Assembly: GCA_963813155.1 (NCBI GenBank)
Contig: CAWEYG010000003.1
Coordinates: 256,001-320,000, forward strand
Source of the DNA: an uncultured Acidobacteriota bacterium
GTDB lineage: Bacteria > Acidobacteriota > Thermoanaerobaculia > UBA5066 > DATFVB01
Reading direction: 5' to 3'
Length of the DNA stretch: 64,000 nucleotides
In this document: piece after piece, positions 14,894 to 26,483 of the stretch
Position numbering within the stretch: the stretch's first letter is position 1
Layout of the letters: every line of letters starts with the position of its first letter
Made by a program: the position numbers and the translations under genes
Notes under the pieces: generated by a model
Told to the model about the DNA's origin: nothing
Databases searched by the model: none
The model's input: the letters and a program-made list of their open reading frames with translations, nothing else

Positions 14894-16102
14894 ATGAAGA
14901 TCCTCGTCGCGGACAAGTTCGAAGCCTCCGGCCTCGCGGGGCTGCGCGAGACCGGCTCCGAGGTGCTCTACGAGCCCGACCTGAAGGACGACGCGCTCGG
15001 CGCGCGCCTCGGGGAGACTTCCGCCGACGTGCTGATCGTTCGGTCGACGAAAGTGACGGCACCGATTCTCGAAGCCGCCCGGGGGCTCTCCCTCGTCGTG
15101 CGCGCCGGGGCGGGCGTCAACACGATCGACCTGAAGTCGGCGTCGCTGCGCGGCGTTTTCGTCGCGAACTGCCCCGGCAAGAACTCCATCGCGGTCGCGG
15201 AGCTCGCTCTCGGTCTCATCCTTTCTCTGGACCGGCGAATTCCCGAGAACGTCCAGCGCCTCCACGCCGGCGAATGGGACAAGAAGGAATTCTCGAAGGC
15301 GCGGGGCCTCTTCGGGCGGACGATCGGCATCGCCGGAATGGGGTCGATCGGCCGGGAAGTCGCGCGCCGCGCCCGGGCGTTCGGACTGCGCTCGCTCGCG
15401 TGGAGCCGGTCCCTGACCGCCGAAAAAGCGGCGGAGCTCGGCGTGGAGAAAGTCGACTCGGTCCACGACCTCGCGGAGAGAAGCGACATCGTGACCGTGC
15501 ACCTGGCGGCCGCCGCGGAGACGAAAGGCCTTTTCGGGCGCGAATTCTTCGCCCGGATGCGGAAGGGCGCGATGTTCGTCAACACCGCGCGAGCCGATCT
15601 CGTCGACGCGGACGCGCTCCTCGAGGCGATCGCCGAGCGGCAGATCCGCGTCGCGCTGGATGTCTATCCGAGAGAACCGTCCGTCGGCCAGGGGCCGATC
15701 GACGACCCCCTCGCGCTCGACAAGCGCGTCCTCGGCACGCACCACATCGGCGCGTCGACCGACCAGGCGCAGGAAGCGATCGCGGCCGAGACGGTTCGGA
15801 TCGTTCGCGAGTACCTCGAAACGGGGAAGGTCGAAAACGTCGTCAATGTGTCCCGCCGCCCTCCCGCGACGCACCTGCTCGTCCTGCGCCACCGCGACCG
15901 AGTGGGGGTCCTCGCGCACGTCCTCGGCGCCCTGAAGACCGACGGCATCTCCGTCCAGGGAATGGAAAACATCATTTTCGAGGGGGCGCAGGCGGCGTGC
16001 GCGCGAATCGAGCTCGACAAAGAGCCGGGGCCAGGCACCCTCGAGGCGATCCGCCGCGGCAGCGACGACATCTACTCCCTGACGGTCACCCCGCTGCGCT
16101 GA
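14894..16102 (+). CDS. serA: D-3-phosphoglycerate dehydrogenase-like D-2-hydroxyacid dehydrogenase with ACT domain
   Basis: RAGAGVNTID, GIAGMGSIG, VNTAR, HIGAST and a C-terminal ACT domain. Confidence 0.75.
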   Translation: MKILVADKFEASGLAGLRETGSEVLYEPDLKDDALGARLGETSADVLIVRSTKVTAPILEAARGLSLVVRAGAGVNTIDLKSASLRGVFVANCPGKNSIAVAELALGLILSLDRRIPENVQRLHAGEWDKKEFSKARGLFGRTIGIAGMGSIGREVARRARAFGLRSLAWSRSLTAEKAAELGVEKVDSVHDLAERSDIVTVHLAAAAETKGLFGREFFARMRKGAMFVNTARADLVDADALLEAIAERQIRVALDVYPREPSVGQGPIDDPLALDKRVLGTHHIGASTDQAQEAIAAETVRIVREYLETGKVENVVNVSRRPPATHLLVLRHRDRVGVLAHVLGALKTDGISVQGMENIIFEGAQAACARIELDKEPGPGTLEAIRRGSDDIYSLTVTPLR

Positions 16103-16108
16103 GCCGGG

Positions 16109-16309
16109 CTAGCCGAGCGTTCCGAGCGGCTCCCTCGGCATCACGGCCCACAGCACGAGGTACGCGAGGATCCCGGGGAAACAGTGGGAGAAAATCGAGA
16201 GGACCACGAATCCCACGCGTACGGCCGTGGGGTCCCACCCCGCGTTCTTCGCGATGCCGCCGCAGACTCCGGCGATCATCTTGTGATTCAGGGAACGGCG
16301 AAGAGCCAT
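16109..16309 (-). CDS. PspC domain protein
   Basis: RRSLNHKMIAGVCGGIA...YLVLWAVMP. Confidence 0.85.
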   Translation of the reverse strand: MALRRSLNHKMIAGVCGGIAKNAGWDPTAVRVGFVVLSIFSHCFPGILAYLVLWAVMPREPLGTLG

Positions 16310-16366
16310 TTCGAGCCTCCCGATTCCTATTACGAAAAACCGGGTTCGGAGTTCACCGGCTTTCCC

Positions 16367-17566
16367 CTACCCGACCGGGCGGCTCTCGTCGGCTCCGGGC
16401 GGGCGGGTGCCGGTTTCCTTCTGCTGCAGCTCGATCGACTCGAACAGCGTCCGGAAGTTGCCGTAGCCGAAGCCCGGGTCGCCTTCCCGCTGGATGACCT
16501 CGTAGAAGAACGGCCCCGCCTTCGTGTCGCCCCAGAGCTGCTGGCCGTCGCGCAGGAAGATCTGGAGCAAATATTTTTCGTTCTCCCCGTCCGCGAGGAT
16601 GTTCAGGCGCCGCAGATCGTCGATCGGCTCCTTGATACGGGAAACGTGTTTCTCGGAGAGCCACTTCGTGATGTTGTCGTAGTACGTCTGCGGCGCGTCG
16701 AGGAATTTCACTCCCCGGTGCTTCATTTCGTCGATGACCGGAATGATCTCCGGCACGCGCAGGGCGATGTGCTGGACGCCCGGCCCGCGGTTCTCCTCGG
16801 TGAAGATGTTCACTTGCGACTCGCGGAAGAACGGCTTCAGCGGCTCGTTCGTCGCGAATTTCAGCTCCGAGGCGGGGTCCCACATCACGATCGACTTCAA
16901 CCCGGACCCGTGCTCTCCCCCCTTTTTGACGTCCTCGGTGTGGAACTGGATGTTCCAGTATTCCGAGAACCCCATCACCTCGCGATACCAGAGGATGACG
17001 GGAGCCATCGTCTGGGCGTTCGACGTGATGTGGTCGAGGATCTGGAACCCGAGCCGGTTGTCCGGCGCCGACGACGAATCGTCCTTCGGGAGATCTTCGA
17101 ACTCGGGCGCGAAGCCCGCGTAGCCGCGCTTCTCGACGAACCGGTAGACGAGGTCGCCGAGCGGCGTCGCGATGAGGAACCGGCGGTACGCGCCCCCGCC
17201 GTCGTCGCGGTAGGTCTCGATGTCCGAGAGGAAAGTCGCTCCCCGGGGAGCCAGGAAATCCCACGCCTGGTCGATGTCCTTCACGCGGAAGGAGACGGAC
17301 GAAACGCCGTCGGGATGGTTCCGGAGGTACGTCGCCGCGCGTCCCCGGTTCGACAGGGGCGTCGAGACGACGACGCGGATGTCGCCCGCGGCATAGACGT
17401 TCGTCCGCTGCGCGCTGCGCTCCGTCAGGTCGGCGTCCGCGCGGGCGACGAGCGGCCAGTCCAGCAGCCGCGTGTAGAACTGATGGCTTCTTTCGATGTC
17501 GGCCACGAGGAAGTGAAAGGAATCGAACCCGAGCAGGCCGAGGCCCGCGGAACCTTGTTCGCTCAT
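16367..17566 (-). CDS. hppD: 4-hydroxyphenylpyruvate dioxygenase
   Basis: LDHITSN, SGLKSIVM, GPGVQHIAL, YLLQIF and FYEVIQR..GFGYGNFRTLFESIE motifs. Confidence 0.9.
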   Translation of the reverse strand: MSEQGSAGLGLLGFDSFHFLVADIERSHQFYTRLLDWPLVARADADLTERSAQRTNVYAAGDIRVVVSTPLSNRGRAATYLRNHPDGVSSVSFRVKDIDQAWDFLAPRGATFLSDIETYRDDGGGAYRRFLIATPLGDLVYRFVEKRGYAGFAPEFEDLPKDDSSSAPDNRLGFQILDHITSNAQTMAPVILWYREVMGFSEYWNIQFHTEDVKKGGEHGSGLKSIVMWDPASELKFATNEPLKPFFRESQVNIFTEENRGPGVQHIALRVPEIIPVIDEMKHRGVKFLDAPQTYYDNITKWLSEKHVSRIKEPIDDLRRLNILADGENEKYLLQIFLRDGQQLWGDTKAGPFFYEVIQREGDPGFGYGNFRTLFESIELQQKETGTRPPGADESRPVG

Positions 17567-17616
17567 CCGGTCAATCTACTGCCTCGCGAAAAGCGGGTCA
17601 ATGGCGAACGGTCGCC

Positions 17617-18354
17617 TCACGTCCCGGGGCCGCCCGTGACGAGGACGAACGCCTGATCGGCATCCGCCCAGGCGCGAAGCGACACTCCCGTCGCCGAGTC
17701 GCGGGTTGCGACCGCGGAGCGCGGCCAGGCAGCCGGGCTCGCGAGGTCCTGGCGCCGCGCGGTCAGGAGTGTCAGCGGCCGGGAGCCGGAGTCGAACGCG
17801 ACGAGAGCCGCGGGCGCTCCCGCGGCGGTCACCAGCGACGCGCACGCCCGGGCGTTGCGAGCCCCGGCGGGAGTCTGCGTCTCCAGGCCCGATTCGCGGC
17901 AGACCCAGGTGCGGACCTCGTCGGCGGAGCCGTCGCACATGTCGTACGCGAGCGCGCCCCGAAGCCGCTCGCGGTGAAGGCGAAGGGCGGCTCTCTCGAG
18001 CGGAGCGGCGATGGGGAGCGCCGGGTTTCCGACGCTTCCCGGCCCCGTCGTCCGCAGAAGCGCGACCGCGACGAGAAACGCCGCCGCCGCGGCCGCCGTC
18101 AAAAGGCGTGCCGCCCGCGGCATGGGCCCGCGCCGCAGGGCGGAGGCCGTGGGCCGCGGCATCGGAAGATCGGGAACCTCCGAGCGAACGGGGTTGCGCG
18201 CGAGGGCGACCACGCGCCCGATCGCTCTCGCCTGACGCTCGCACGAGCCGCAAGAAGCGAGGTGTTTCCTCAGAACGGCCGATTCGAGGGGCGGGAGCTC
18301 TCCGTGCACGAAGGCGGTCAATTTTCGAGAGGGATGTCGTTTCCAGAGGTCCAT
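17617..18354 (-). CDS. Zinc-finger (HxxxCxxC) transmembrane anti-sigma factor
   Basis: HLASCGSC followed by a TM segment, directly downstream of an ECF sigma factor. Confidence 0.75.
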   Translation of the reverse strand: MDLWKRHPSRKLTAFVHGELPPLESAVLRKHLASCGSCERQARAIGRVVALARNPVRSEVPDLPMPRPTASALRRGPMPRAARLLTAAAAAAFLVAVALLRTTGPGSVGNPALPIAAPLERAALRLHRERLRGALAYDMCDGSADEVRTWVCRESGLETQTPAGARNARACASLVTAAGAPAALVAFDSGSRPLTLLTARRQDLASPAAWPRSAVATRDSATGVSLRAWADADQAFVLVTGGPGT

Positions 18355-18357
18355 GCT

Positions 18358-18946
18358 TCAACCTTTCCCGTTCGGCGTTCCGAGCCGGCTGGCCAGAATC
18401 GCGTGCGCTCGATGGAGCCGCGACGCAACAGTTCCCTTTCTGCAGCCGAGGGCCTCGGCGATTTCGTCGTAGGAGCGATCCTCGAGATAACGAAGGACGA
18501 CCGGCGCGCGAAGCCGAAAAGGCAGTGCGTCGATCGCGCGCCACAGGAGCCGCTTCTCTTCGCTCTCCGCGAAACGGTCGTCCGGGCGCAACTCGGGGCT
18601 CGGCATTTCGTTCAGGGAGTCGGCGGCGGGAACGAGCCGCCGGGAACGCCGCGCCTCGTCGCGCGCCGCGTTGACGACGATCTGCACGAGCCAGGTTCCG
18701 AACCGGGACTCGCCGCGGAACGTTCCGATCATGGGTGAGCAGCTTCAGGAAGACCTGCTGCGTGATGTCGGCCGCCGCGTGCGAGTGCCGCGTCAGGAAG
18801 AGGGCCGTCGTGTAGACGCGTTCCCGGTAGAGGAGGAACAGCTCCCGGAACGCGTCCCGGTCGCCCCGGCGGCACGCCTCCAGCAGTCCCGGGGCGGCTT
18901 CTTCGGGCCGCCCCGGTTCCGTCACGCGCACGGGAAGGGAGTCCAA
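18358..18946 (-). CDS. ECF RNA polymerase sigma factor (frameshift near 18730)
   Basis: GDRDAFRELF, DITQQVFLK, FRGESRFGTWL and SYDEIAEALGCRKGTVASRLHRA motifs. Confidence 0.85.
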
Positions 18947-18951
18947 GGGGA

Positions 18952-19350
18952 CTACGGCCGCACGTCCGCTTTGAGCGTCAGCGCGACCTGCGGCCGCTCC
19001 GGGTCGTTGGAGACGACCGTGATCGTCTTCGTGATGGCCCCGCTGAGGTTCTTCGTTTCGACGGTCGCGTGAACGCTGCCGGATTTTCCCGGCGCGATCT
19101 CGCGGTCGAATGTCGCCACGGTGCAGCCGCAGGAGGGGCGGGCGTCCGAGATCCGGAGCGGCGCCGGCCCGGAGTTGCGCACCTCGAAGACCGCCTCGAT
19201 CTTCTCTCCCTTCCGGACGATTCCCGCGTCCCGGCTTTCCACCGGAATCGAAAGGTGCGGAAGGAGAACGGCGGGGTCGGCGCCCCGAACGGTGGCCGCG
19301 GCGACGAGGGCCAGGAGAACTCCGGAGAAGGGTCGAACGAATGTCTTCAT
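18952..19350 (-). CDS. DUF1573 Ig-like secreted protein
   Basis: Signal peptide; FEVRNSGPAPLRI..PSCGCT..IAPGKSG..SNDP. Confidence 0.8.
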   Translation of the reverse strand: MKTFVRPFSGVLLALVAAATVRGADPAVLLPHLSIPVESRDAGIVRKGEKIEAVFEVRNSGPAPLRISDARPSCGCTVATFDREIAPGKSGSVHATVETKNLSGAITKTITVVSNDPERPQVALTLKADVRP

Positions 19351-19403
19351 GAAACCTCCTATGCCGATGAGACGCGGGAAGGAGGAGTTTCTTCCCAGGA
19401 TTT

Positions 19404-20735
19404 CTAGGAGGCCCGCGCGGCGAGGTTCGCGGCCCCGAGAAGAGCTCGCAGCCGGGGCTCCGCCTCTTCGATGTCCCGCTCGGAGACCGCGCCGACCGAC
19501 AGCCGGAACCAGCCCGTTTCGGGCCGATAGCCGAACGCCTGGAAGGGGACGGCGGCGATCCCCGCCTTCTGGAGGAGCAGCTTGCGAATCTCCTCGTTCG
19601 TGCGGACGACCGTTCCCCCGACTTCCTGGCCCGCGAGGTCGAAGCGCGCGGAGAGGTAGATCGCCCCCTGCGGCTCGATCGCGTCGACCGGCAGACCCTC
19701 GCGCTTCAGCTTCGTGAAAAGAGAGTAGAGCCGGCGCAATCGCGCTTCGACTTTCGACAGGAAGTCGGACCGGTACGCCGCCACGGCTTCCGCATCGGCC
19801 AGAAACCGCGCCGTCGCGACCTGCTCGGGCTTCGGCGCCCACGCGCCGACGTGCCCCAGGATGTCCCGCATGCGCCGGATGAGCGCGGGCGGTCCGAGCG
19901 CCCAGCCGACGCGGAGGCCGGTCGCGGCGAACTGCTTGGAGATGCCGTCGAGCAACACCGTGTAGGGAAACATTTCGGCAACGAGCTCCGGCGGGCTCGA
20001 CCGCCGCGCGTTCTTCAGGTGAAGCGCCGAGTAGATCTGGTCGTAGAGAAGAAACAGGGCCTTGCGTCCCTGTTTCTTCCTTCGGGCGTTCTCTTCCAGG
20101 ACCATGACGCAGAGCTTCTTCAGGTCGTCCGGGTCCACGACCGTTCCGGTCGGGTTCATCGGGGAGTTCAGGACGAGCAGGCGGGCCTGCCGCAGGTGCG
20201 GTTCGAACTCTTCGGCCGTCGGGAAGAAACCGTTCTCCCGCCGGCCCTCGACCTCGACCGGGACGACTTCGAGGAGCTGGGAATAGTGGTTGTTGTTCCA
20301 CGAGGGCACGGAGTAGACCACCGTGTCCCCGCGGTCCAGGACGGTCCTGTAGGTGCCGTACAGGATCGGCCGGGCACCTCCGGCGATCAGGATGGATTCG
20401 ACCGGGTACCGGAGGTTCTGCTCGGTCTCGACGAACGCCGCGACTCGTTCGCGCAGGGCGAGAACGCCGTCCGACGGAGGGTAATTCGTCTGGTGCTCCC
20501 GGTACGCGCGGTCGATCTCGCGCTGCAGTCCCTCCGGAATCGGGAACTGATCCGGCGAGAAGTCGCCGACCGTGAGATTCAGGAGTTTTTCCCCGCGGGA
20601 AAGGGCCGCGCGCACGTCGGCGGCGATCTTCAGGATCTCGGACCCGATCACGCCCGTCGCGAGGGTCGAAAGCGAGGCATCGATCGCCGCGCCTTCCCCG
20701 AAGAATTCGGAAGCCTCCGTCGACGCGTTCTTCAG
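19404..20735 (-). CDS. PLP-dependent aminotransferase class I/II (start approximate)
   Basis: [29 protein letters not shown] and WFRLSVG motifs. Confidence 0.85.
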   Translation of the reverse strand: MKNASTEASEFFGEGAAIDASLSTLATGVIGSEILKIAADVRAALSRGEKLLNLTVGDFSPDQFPIPEGLQREIDRAYREHQTNYPPSDGVLALRERVAAFVETEQNLRYPVESILIAGGARPILYGTYRTVLDRGDTVVYSVPSWNNNHYSQLLEVVPVEVEGRRENGFFPTAEEFEPHLRQARLLVLNSPMNPTGTVVDPDDLKKLCVMVLEENARRKKQGRKALFLLYDQIYSALHLKNARRSSPPELVAEMFPYTVLLDGISKQFAATGLRVGWALGPPALIRRMRDILGHVGAWAPKPEQVATARFLADAEAVAAYRSDFLSKVEARLRRLYSLFTKLKREGLPVDAIEPQGAIYLSARFDLAGQEVGGTVVRTNEEIRKLLLQKAGIAAVPFQAFGYRPETGWFRLSVGAVSERDIEEAEPRLRALLGAANLAARAS

Positions 20736-22435
20736 AAGACCACCGGCTCCTCGTAGGTCGCGAAGACCTCGCGCATGACGTCGGAAATCTCGCCGACCGT
20801 CGCGTACGTCTTGACGGCCTCCACGAGCTCGGGCATGACGTTGCCTCCGTCGCGGCAGACCCGCCGAAGGTCGCCGAGCTTCGAGACGACGGCTTTTCCG
20901 TCCCGGCGGCGCCGGACCTCCGCGAGCGCCTTTTTCTGAATGTCCTCGGTCGCGTTGTCGATGTAGAGGATCGGCAGCGGCGGTTCTTCGCCGGAATCGG
21001 TGAAGTCGTTGACGCCGACCATGATCTTTTCGCCGTCGTCGAGAGCGCGCTGATACCGGTACGCGGCGTCCATGATCTCCCGCTGCGGGAACCCGGCCTC
21101 GATCGCCTCGACCATTCCCCCGAGCTCGTCGATCCGCCGGAAGTAGTCGAACGCGCCCTGTTCCATGCGGGTCGTCATTTCCTCGACGAAATACGAGCCT
21201 CCGAGCGGGTCGATCGTGTTCGCCGCGCCGGACTCGTGGGCGATGATCTGCTGCGTGCGGAGCGCGACCTTGACCGCGAAATCGGTCGGCAGCGCGAGGG
21301 TCTCGTCGAGAGAGTTCGTGTGGAGGGAATTCGTGCCCCCGAGAACGGCAGCGAGGGCCTGGAGGGCCGTGCGGACGACGTTGTTGTAGGGCTGCTGCGC
21401 CGTCAGGGAGCACCCGGCCGTCTGCGTGTGGAAACGGCACATCCACGACCTCGGGTCTTTCGCGCCGAAACGGTCGCGCATCGTCTTCGCCCAGATCCTC
21501 CGCGCGGCCCGGAATTTCGCGATCTCCTCGAAGAAGTCGTTGTGCGAATTGAAGAAGAACGAGAGCCGGGGCGCGAACTCGTCGACGTCCATTCCCGCGT
21601 CGATGCCGTACTTCACGTACTCCACGCCGTCGCGAAGGGTGAACGCGAGCTCCTGGAGGGCCGTCGAGCCGGCTTCGCGGATGTGGTAGCCCGAGATCGA
21701 GATCGTGTTCCATTTCGGGACGTGCTTCGCGCAGAACTGGAACTGGTCGGTGATCAGCCGCATGGAGGGGCGCGGCGGAAAGATGTATTCCTTCTGGGCG
21801 ATGTATTCCTTGAGGATGTCGTTCTGGAGCGTGCCGCCGACGCGGCTCCAGGGAGTGCCGTGCTTCTCGGCGACGGCGAGGTACATCGCGAGCGCGATGG
21901 GCGCCGTCGAGTTGATCGTCATCGATGTCGTCACCGCCCCCAGGTCGATGCCGTCGAACAGCGTCTCCATGTCGGCGAGGGAGTCGATCGCGACGCCGCA
22001 CTTGCCGACTTCGCCCTTCGCCATTTCGTGGTCGGAGTCGTAGCCGTACAGCGTCGGGAGGTGGAAGGCCGTCGAGAGCCCCGTCTGGCCGTGGGCGAGC
22101 AGGTATTTGAATCGCTCGTTCGTCTGGCGGGCGGAGCCGTATCCGGCGAAGAGCCGCATCGTCCACGGCTTGCCCCGGTACATCGTCGGTTGCACGCCCC
22201 TCGTGTAGGGAAACTCGCCCGGCCATCCGAGGTCGCGGTCGAAATCGAAGCCGGGCTGGGAGTCGGGACCGGCGAGCGCCGGGACTTCCTGGGAAGACAC
22301 CGTCGTGAAATCCGTCTTCCAGGGCGCCTTCTTCTCGAAGGCCTTCTTCGCGGATTGTTCCCACTGGTCCCGGCCGGCCGCCACGCTCCCGGGCACGAGC
22401 GGATTCCGGTCGTTCCCCGACTTTTTGTCGCTCAT
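20732..22435 (-). CDS. B12-dependent acyl-CoA mutase large subunit, isobutyryl-CoA mutase type
   Basis: [35 protein letters not shown] and [10 protein letters not shown] motifs. No B12-binding domain (split enzyme). Confidence 0.85.
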   Translation of the reverse strand: MSDKKSGNDRNPLVPGSVAAGRDQWEQSAKKAFEKKAPWKTDFTTVSSQEVPALAGPDSQPGFDFDRDLGWPGEFPYTRGVQPTMYRGKPWTMRLFAGYGSARQTNERFKYLLAHGQTGLSTAFHLPTLYGYDSDHEMAKGEVGKCGVAIDSLADMETLFDGIDLGAVTTSMTINSTAPIALAMYLAVAEKHGTPWSRVGGTLQNDILKEYIAQKEYIFPPRPSMRLITDQFQFCAKHVPKWNTISISGYHIREAGSTALQELAFTLRDGVEYVKYGIDAGMDVDEFAPRLSFFFNSHNDFFEEIAKFRAARRIWAKTMRDRFGAKDPRSWMCRFHTQTAGCSLTAQQPYNNVVRTALQALAAVLGGTNSLHTNSLDETLALPTDFAVKVALRTQQIIAHESGAANTIDPLGGSYFVEEMTTRMEQGAFDYFRRIDELGGMVEAIEAGFPQREIMDAAYRYQRALDDGEKIMVGVNDFTDSGEEPPLPILYIDNATEDIQKKALAEVRRRRDGKAVVSKLGDLRRVCRDGGNVMPELVEAVKTYATVGEISDVMREVFATYEEPVVF

Positions 22436-22466
22436 TCGAAGAGAATTATACGTTACAGTGAAGAGC

Positions 22467-22913
22467 GTGTCGGGCGATCGAAAATACAGCCACCGGGGTT
22501 ACATGGACACCGGGCGAGAGCCGGGCCCGAGGTCGCGGGGTCCGATCGAGCCCGACCGATCTTCCTCTCCCGGAGCCCCCCGGGGGAGAAGCGCCGGAGT
22601 CGACAAGGACCTCGCGGTCGTCTGCAAGAAGTGCGGGACCCCCGTGCAGGGCCTCGACGAGATTTCGGCGGAAACCACTTGCTCGCGATGCGGACAGGCG
22701 ATTCACTCCTGCCTGCAATGCAACTTCTTCGATTCTTCGGCGCGATGGGAATGCTCGCGAAACGACCGGATTCCGGCGCGAATCGCCGTGAAGACCGCGA
22801 AGAACGAGTGTCCGGAATTCTCTCCCGCCGCGAGTTTCGACTTGACCGGACGAAAGGCCGCCGATTCACCGTCGGACGCGAAAAAGGCGTTCGAAGCCCT
22901 CTTCAAGAAGTGA
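22467..22913 (+). CDS. Cys-rich putative zinc-binding hypothetical protein
   Basis: Three CxxC pairs plus further Cys; ends [12 protein letters not shown]. Confidence 0.6.
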   Translation: MSGDRKYSHRGYMDTGREPGPRSRGPIEPDRSSSPGAPRGRSAGVDKDLAVVCKKCGTPVQGLDEISAETTCSRCGQAIHSCLQCNFFDSSARWECSRNDRIPARIAVKTAKNECPEFSPAASFDLTGRKAADSPSDAKKAFEALFKK

Positions 22914-24341
22914 CATCGACCCCGCGCGCTGCGGCCGCGGCGGCGTTCTCTGGATCTCGTCGGCGGCCGTCCTCGCGCGTCCGGCCGCGCCGATCGCACC
23001 GGTGAAGGCTCCGACCGCGGCGGCGATCGTCGCGGTCGACCGCGGCCACGACTGGCCGAAGTATTGCGCGGACCTCGAGATGACCGGCAGGGCAAGCCGG
23101 GAGACGAAAATCTCGCCCGCCTCGGCGGCGACCCTGACGCGCGCGTGGCAGATCTCGCTCTCCGGCATCGATCGGCTCCACGCCCACGATCGTTGCGGGG
23201 TCGGTCTACATCGGCGATTGGGGGGGAATCGAATGGAGACTCGACGCCGCCACCGGCGCGGTTCTCGCCCACGCGGACCTCGGCACGACCGTCGCCGCGC
23301 AGTGCGGTCCTTCGAACCTCGGCATCACGTCGGTTGCGGCTTACGCAAACGGCAGGCTCTATCTCGCCGGGGGCGACGACTCCTTCTACGCTCTCGATGC
23401 GCAAACGCTCGAGACCGCCTGGAAAACGAAGCTCGGAGACAATTCAGCGGCGGGCGGCTATTACGGCTGGAGCTCGCCGGCGCCTCTCCCCGGGAAGATC
23501 TATCAGGGAGTCTCGAGCAACTGCGACAACCCTTTCGTCGCGGGAGAAGTCGTCTCCCTGGATCCCGCGACGGGGACGGTCGTCGACCGGGAGAATCTGT
23601 CGCAGACTTCCGACCCTTCGCATTTCGGGGCGGGCGTCTGGTCCTCGCCCGCGATCGATCTCGATTCCGGATCGGTCTTCGTCGCGACCGCGTCGGCGTA
23701 CCACTACGACGACGGCCTCGCGTACTCCATCGTCCGGCTCTCTCTGGACGACCTCGCGGTGCAGGACTCCTGGAAGATCACTCCCGACGACTTTGCCGAG
23801 ACGGCCGACCCGGACTGGGGATCGTCCCCAACCCTGTTCCACGACGCGAACGGGCGGCTTCTGGTCGGCGCGAGCCAGAAGAACGGCAAGTACTACGCCT
23901 TCGATCGCGCAAACCTTGCGCAGGGGCCCGTCTGGGAAACGCCCGTGGCGATCCCCGGCCCGTGCCCGCAGTGCGGCCAGGGAAGTATTTCAACGGCGGC
24001 CTTCGACGGAACCTGGCTCTACGTGGGAGGCGGGAACACCGGCTTTCCACGCTTCGACCCCGGTGGCGGTGACCGCGCTCGATCCGGCGACGGGCCGCGT
24101 GATCTGGTCGTATTCCTGGCAGCTGCAGGGCCCCGTCCTGGGACCGGTTTCGGTCGCCAATGGCGTCGTGTTCGCGGCGGCAGGAACGTCGTGCTTCGCT
24201 CTGGACGCCGCGAAGGGAACCCTGTTGTGGAAAGCGGACACGGCGGCGATGGTGTACGCGGGGGTCGCGATTTCCGACGGCCGCGTCTTCTTCGGCGATA
24301 CGGCCGGCAACCTTTATTGCTACGAGATCCCGAGACCCTAG
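22910..24341 (+). CDS. PQQ-type beta-propeller repeat protein (frameshifted)
   Basis: Repeated ALDAxxGxxxW blades, DWGSSPTL and VFFGDTAGNLY, across frames. Confidence 0.75.
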
Positions 24342-24356
24342 CGGGCCGCAGAGAAT

Positions 24357-25430
24357 CTAGCCGCGGGCGGGAAGCAGAGCTTCTTTGGCCAGGTGCGCCG
24401 CTCCCTTCAGCGAGAACGGAAGCGAAGACGTCATGAAGCACGAGTGGGTGCACCAGCATTCCCGGTTCGCGATCTTCCGGCGCATTTCCGTCGCTTTCGG
24501 CGAAAACCATGCCTTTCGAAACGAATAGTCGAAATCCCGGATGTTGCCGACTTCCCACTGGACTTCGCAGAGCGAGACCGTCCCCTCGGGATTGAGGACG
24601 CCCGAGACGCTTCCCGCGTAGCACGGATAGACCATTCGCTCCTGCTCCAGCGTTTCGAGCTCCGCCGTTCGGGCCGCGACCTTCAGTCGTTTCAGCACCG
24701 GCGAGTAACCGCCGAACCCGTTCCAGTAGGGCCGGAGGAAACGAAGGCTCTCGGCGTATTCGGCGGGAGTCAGCGCCCGGATCGTCGGGTCCGGAAACGG
24801 TGGCCGAAGCAGCTCGAAGGAGTGGAAATCGATCTCCGGAAGGTTCGCGCCGACCCACCCCGTGATCTCCGGCAGGTCGTCCTTGTTGAACGACGCGAGC
24901 ACCGTCTGGACGTTCAGCGTGAACCCCGCTGTCTTTCGCTTGAGGGCCGCGAGGCGGCGGTACGTCTCCCCGACTTTCGGAAAGTTGCCCGGCGCGCCCC
25001 GAATCTCGTCGTGCTTCTCGAACAGGTGATCGAGCGAGAGCCCGACGGTGAATGTCTGGCGCTCGTCGGCGCGCGACTCGAGCACGCGGGAGACGATCGC
25101 CTCCACCTGCTCCGGGATGAGGGAGTTCGTCGGCATCGTGACGTTCGAGGCATCGTGCCGGCGGTAAAGGATCCGCGTGATCTCCGGAAGGTCGCGGTTG
25201 AGCGTCGGCTCGCCGCCCGTCAGGACGACGGAATAGAGCTCCCCCAGGTCGGCGAGCGAGCGGTCGTATTCCTCGAGGGAGAGCTCGAGATGCCGGTTCA
25301 CGTTGAGGTGGTCCCAGTAGAAGCACGTCACGCATTTCGAGTTGCACAAATTCGTCATCCCCAGGATCAGATACCGGGGAAGCGTCTCGCGGCCCTGGAG
25401 CCACTGGCCGGCCAGGTGGGCCCGGTTCAC
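24357..25430 (-). CDS. Radical SAM protein with SPASM/twitch domain
   Basis: CNSKCVTC and TGGEPTL motifs; C-terminal CYAG..GTVSLCE..CWCTHSC. Confidence 0.85.
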   Translation of the reverse strand: MNRAHLAGQWLQGRETLPRYLILGMTNLCNSKCVTCFYWDHLNVNRHLELSLEEYDRSLADLGELYSVVLTGGEPTLNRDLPEITRILYRRHDASNVTMPTNSLIPEQVEAIVSRVLESRADERQTFTVGLSLDHLFEKHDEIRGAPGNFPKVGETYRRLAALKRKTAGFTLNVQTVLASFNKDDLPEITGWVGANLPEIDFHSFELLRPPFPDPTIRALTPAEYAESLRFLRPYWNGFGGYSPVLKRLKVAARTAELETLEQERMVYPCYAGSVSGVLNPEGTVSLCEVQWEVGNIRDFDYSFRKAWFSPKATEMRRKIANRECWCTHSCFMTSSLPFSLKGAAHLAKEALLPARG

Positions 25431-26437
25431 GGCGTCGCCTTCGCGACCGGGCCGGTGGACGCCGGCCGCCGGCCGAACGCCGCCCGGAAAGCCCCGGCGA
25501 CCAGGCCGGCGAGCGTCGCGACCCAGTAGTTCGCGTGGTGAACCGCGAAGACGAACGGGGCAACGGGGAACAACGCCGGGTCCCGTCGCCAGATCGGGAA
25601 CGAGAGCGCCCAGACCCCCGCCGCGTAGAGCCCCGCCGCGATCGCAACGAAGCGAATGCCGAGGAGCGCCGCGAGAACCGCCACGGCAGGGCCGCCCGCG
25701 AGGAACGCGAAAATCAATCCCCGCGGCAGCGCCGAGGGCTTTTGAACGAGCAAAAGGCCGGTCTTCCAGCGGTACCGCCACCGCTGACGCAGGAAAGCCG
25801 AGGGAAAGGCGCGCCGGTCGTGAAAGACCACGAGGCCGGGATCGAGCACGGGCGTCTCCCCCGCGGCAAGGGCGCGCCCCACGAAGTCCGTGTCCTCGCC
25901 GATGTAGCCCAGGGTTTCGTCGAAGCCGCCGAGCGAGTCGAAGAGCGACCGCGCGACGACGAGATTGCACAGCGCCAGGTCCGAGGCGCGCCGGACTTGG
26001 CCAGCCCGAGGCGACCGCTCGTGCGCCGCCACATGGGAGCCGATCACGGGAGTGGCGAGGAGGAGGTCCGAAATCCGCTCCGGGAACGGCGCGCCCGAAG
26101 GCAGGAGATCGGGCCCTCCGAAGAGCGCCGCCGTCTTCGCCGTTTCGGCCGCTCTCGCGATCCAGTCGGGCGCGGCGCGGGCATCGTCGTCGAGGAACGC
26201 GAGGAATTCTCCCGCCGCGAAGTCCGCCGCCCGGTTTCGCCGCAGCGCGGGATTCCGGTCGGGCGACCTCACCCACCCCACGAGCAACCTCGAAAGCGGA
26301 GGCGGTTCCGTCTGCGACGCGACGAGCACCTCGAAGGGCGGCGCGCCGACCTGTTCCTCCAGCGAACGCAGGCATGCGAGCAGCGCCGGACCGTCCCGGT
26401 CCGACGCGATCACGACGGAAATCGCCGGTTTCGCCAC
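25427..26437 (-). CDS. Family 2 glycosyltransferase with C-terminal TM helices
   Basis: ISVVI, FLAFLDDDA, GGFDETLGYIGEDTDF and QRWRY motifs. Confidence 0.85.
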   Translation of the reverse strand: MAKPAISVVIASDRDGPALLACLRSLEEQVGAPPFEVLVASQTEPPPLSRLLVGWVRSPDRNPALRRNRAADFAAGEFLAFLDDDARAAPDWIARAAETAKTAALFGGPDLLPSGAPFPERISDLLLATPVIGSHVAAHERSPRAGQVRRASDLALCNLVVARSLFDSLGGFDETLGYIGEDTDFVGRALAAGETPVLDPGLVVFHDRRAFPSAFLRQRWRYRWKTGLLLVQKPSALPRGLIFAFLAGGPAVAVLAALLGIRFVAIAAGLYAAGVWALSFPIWRRDPALFPVAPFVFAVHHANYWVATLAGLVAGAFRAAFGRRPASTGPVAKATP

Positions 26438-26483
26438 GCCGCCATCATAGACGCGTCTGGATATAATCGCGAGCGGAGGGGGA

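Noticed and set aside
19404-22364. Very long ORFs in the track (e.g. 986, 865, 859, 829 aa) and antisense ORFs
   Set aside because: These are Arg/Pro/Gly-rich shadow frames of GC-rich genes running into real genes, with no independent coding signal.
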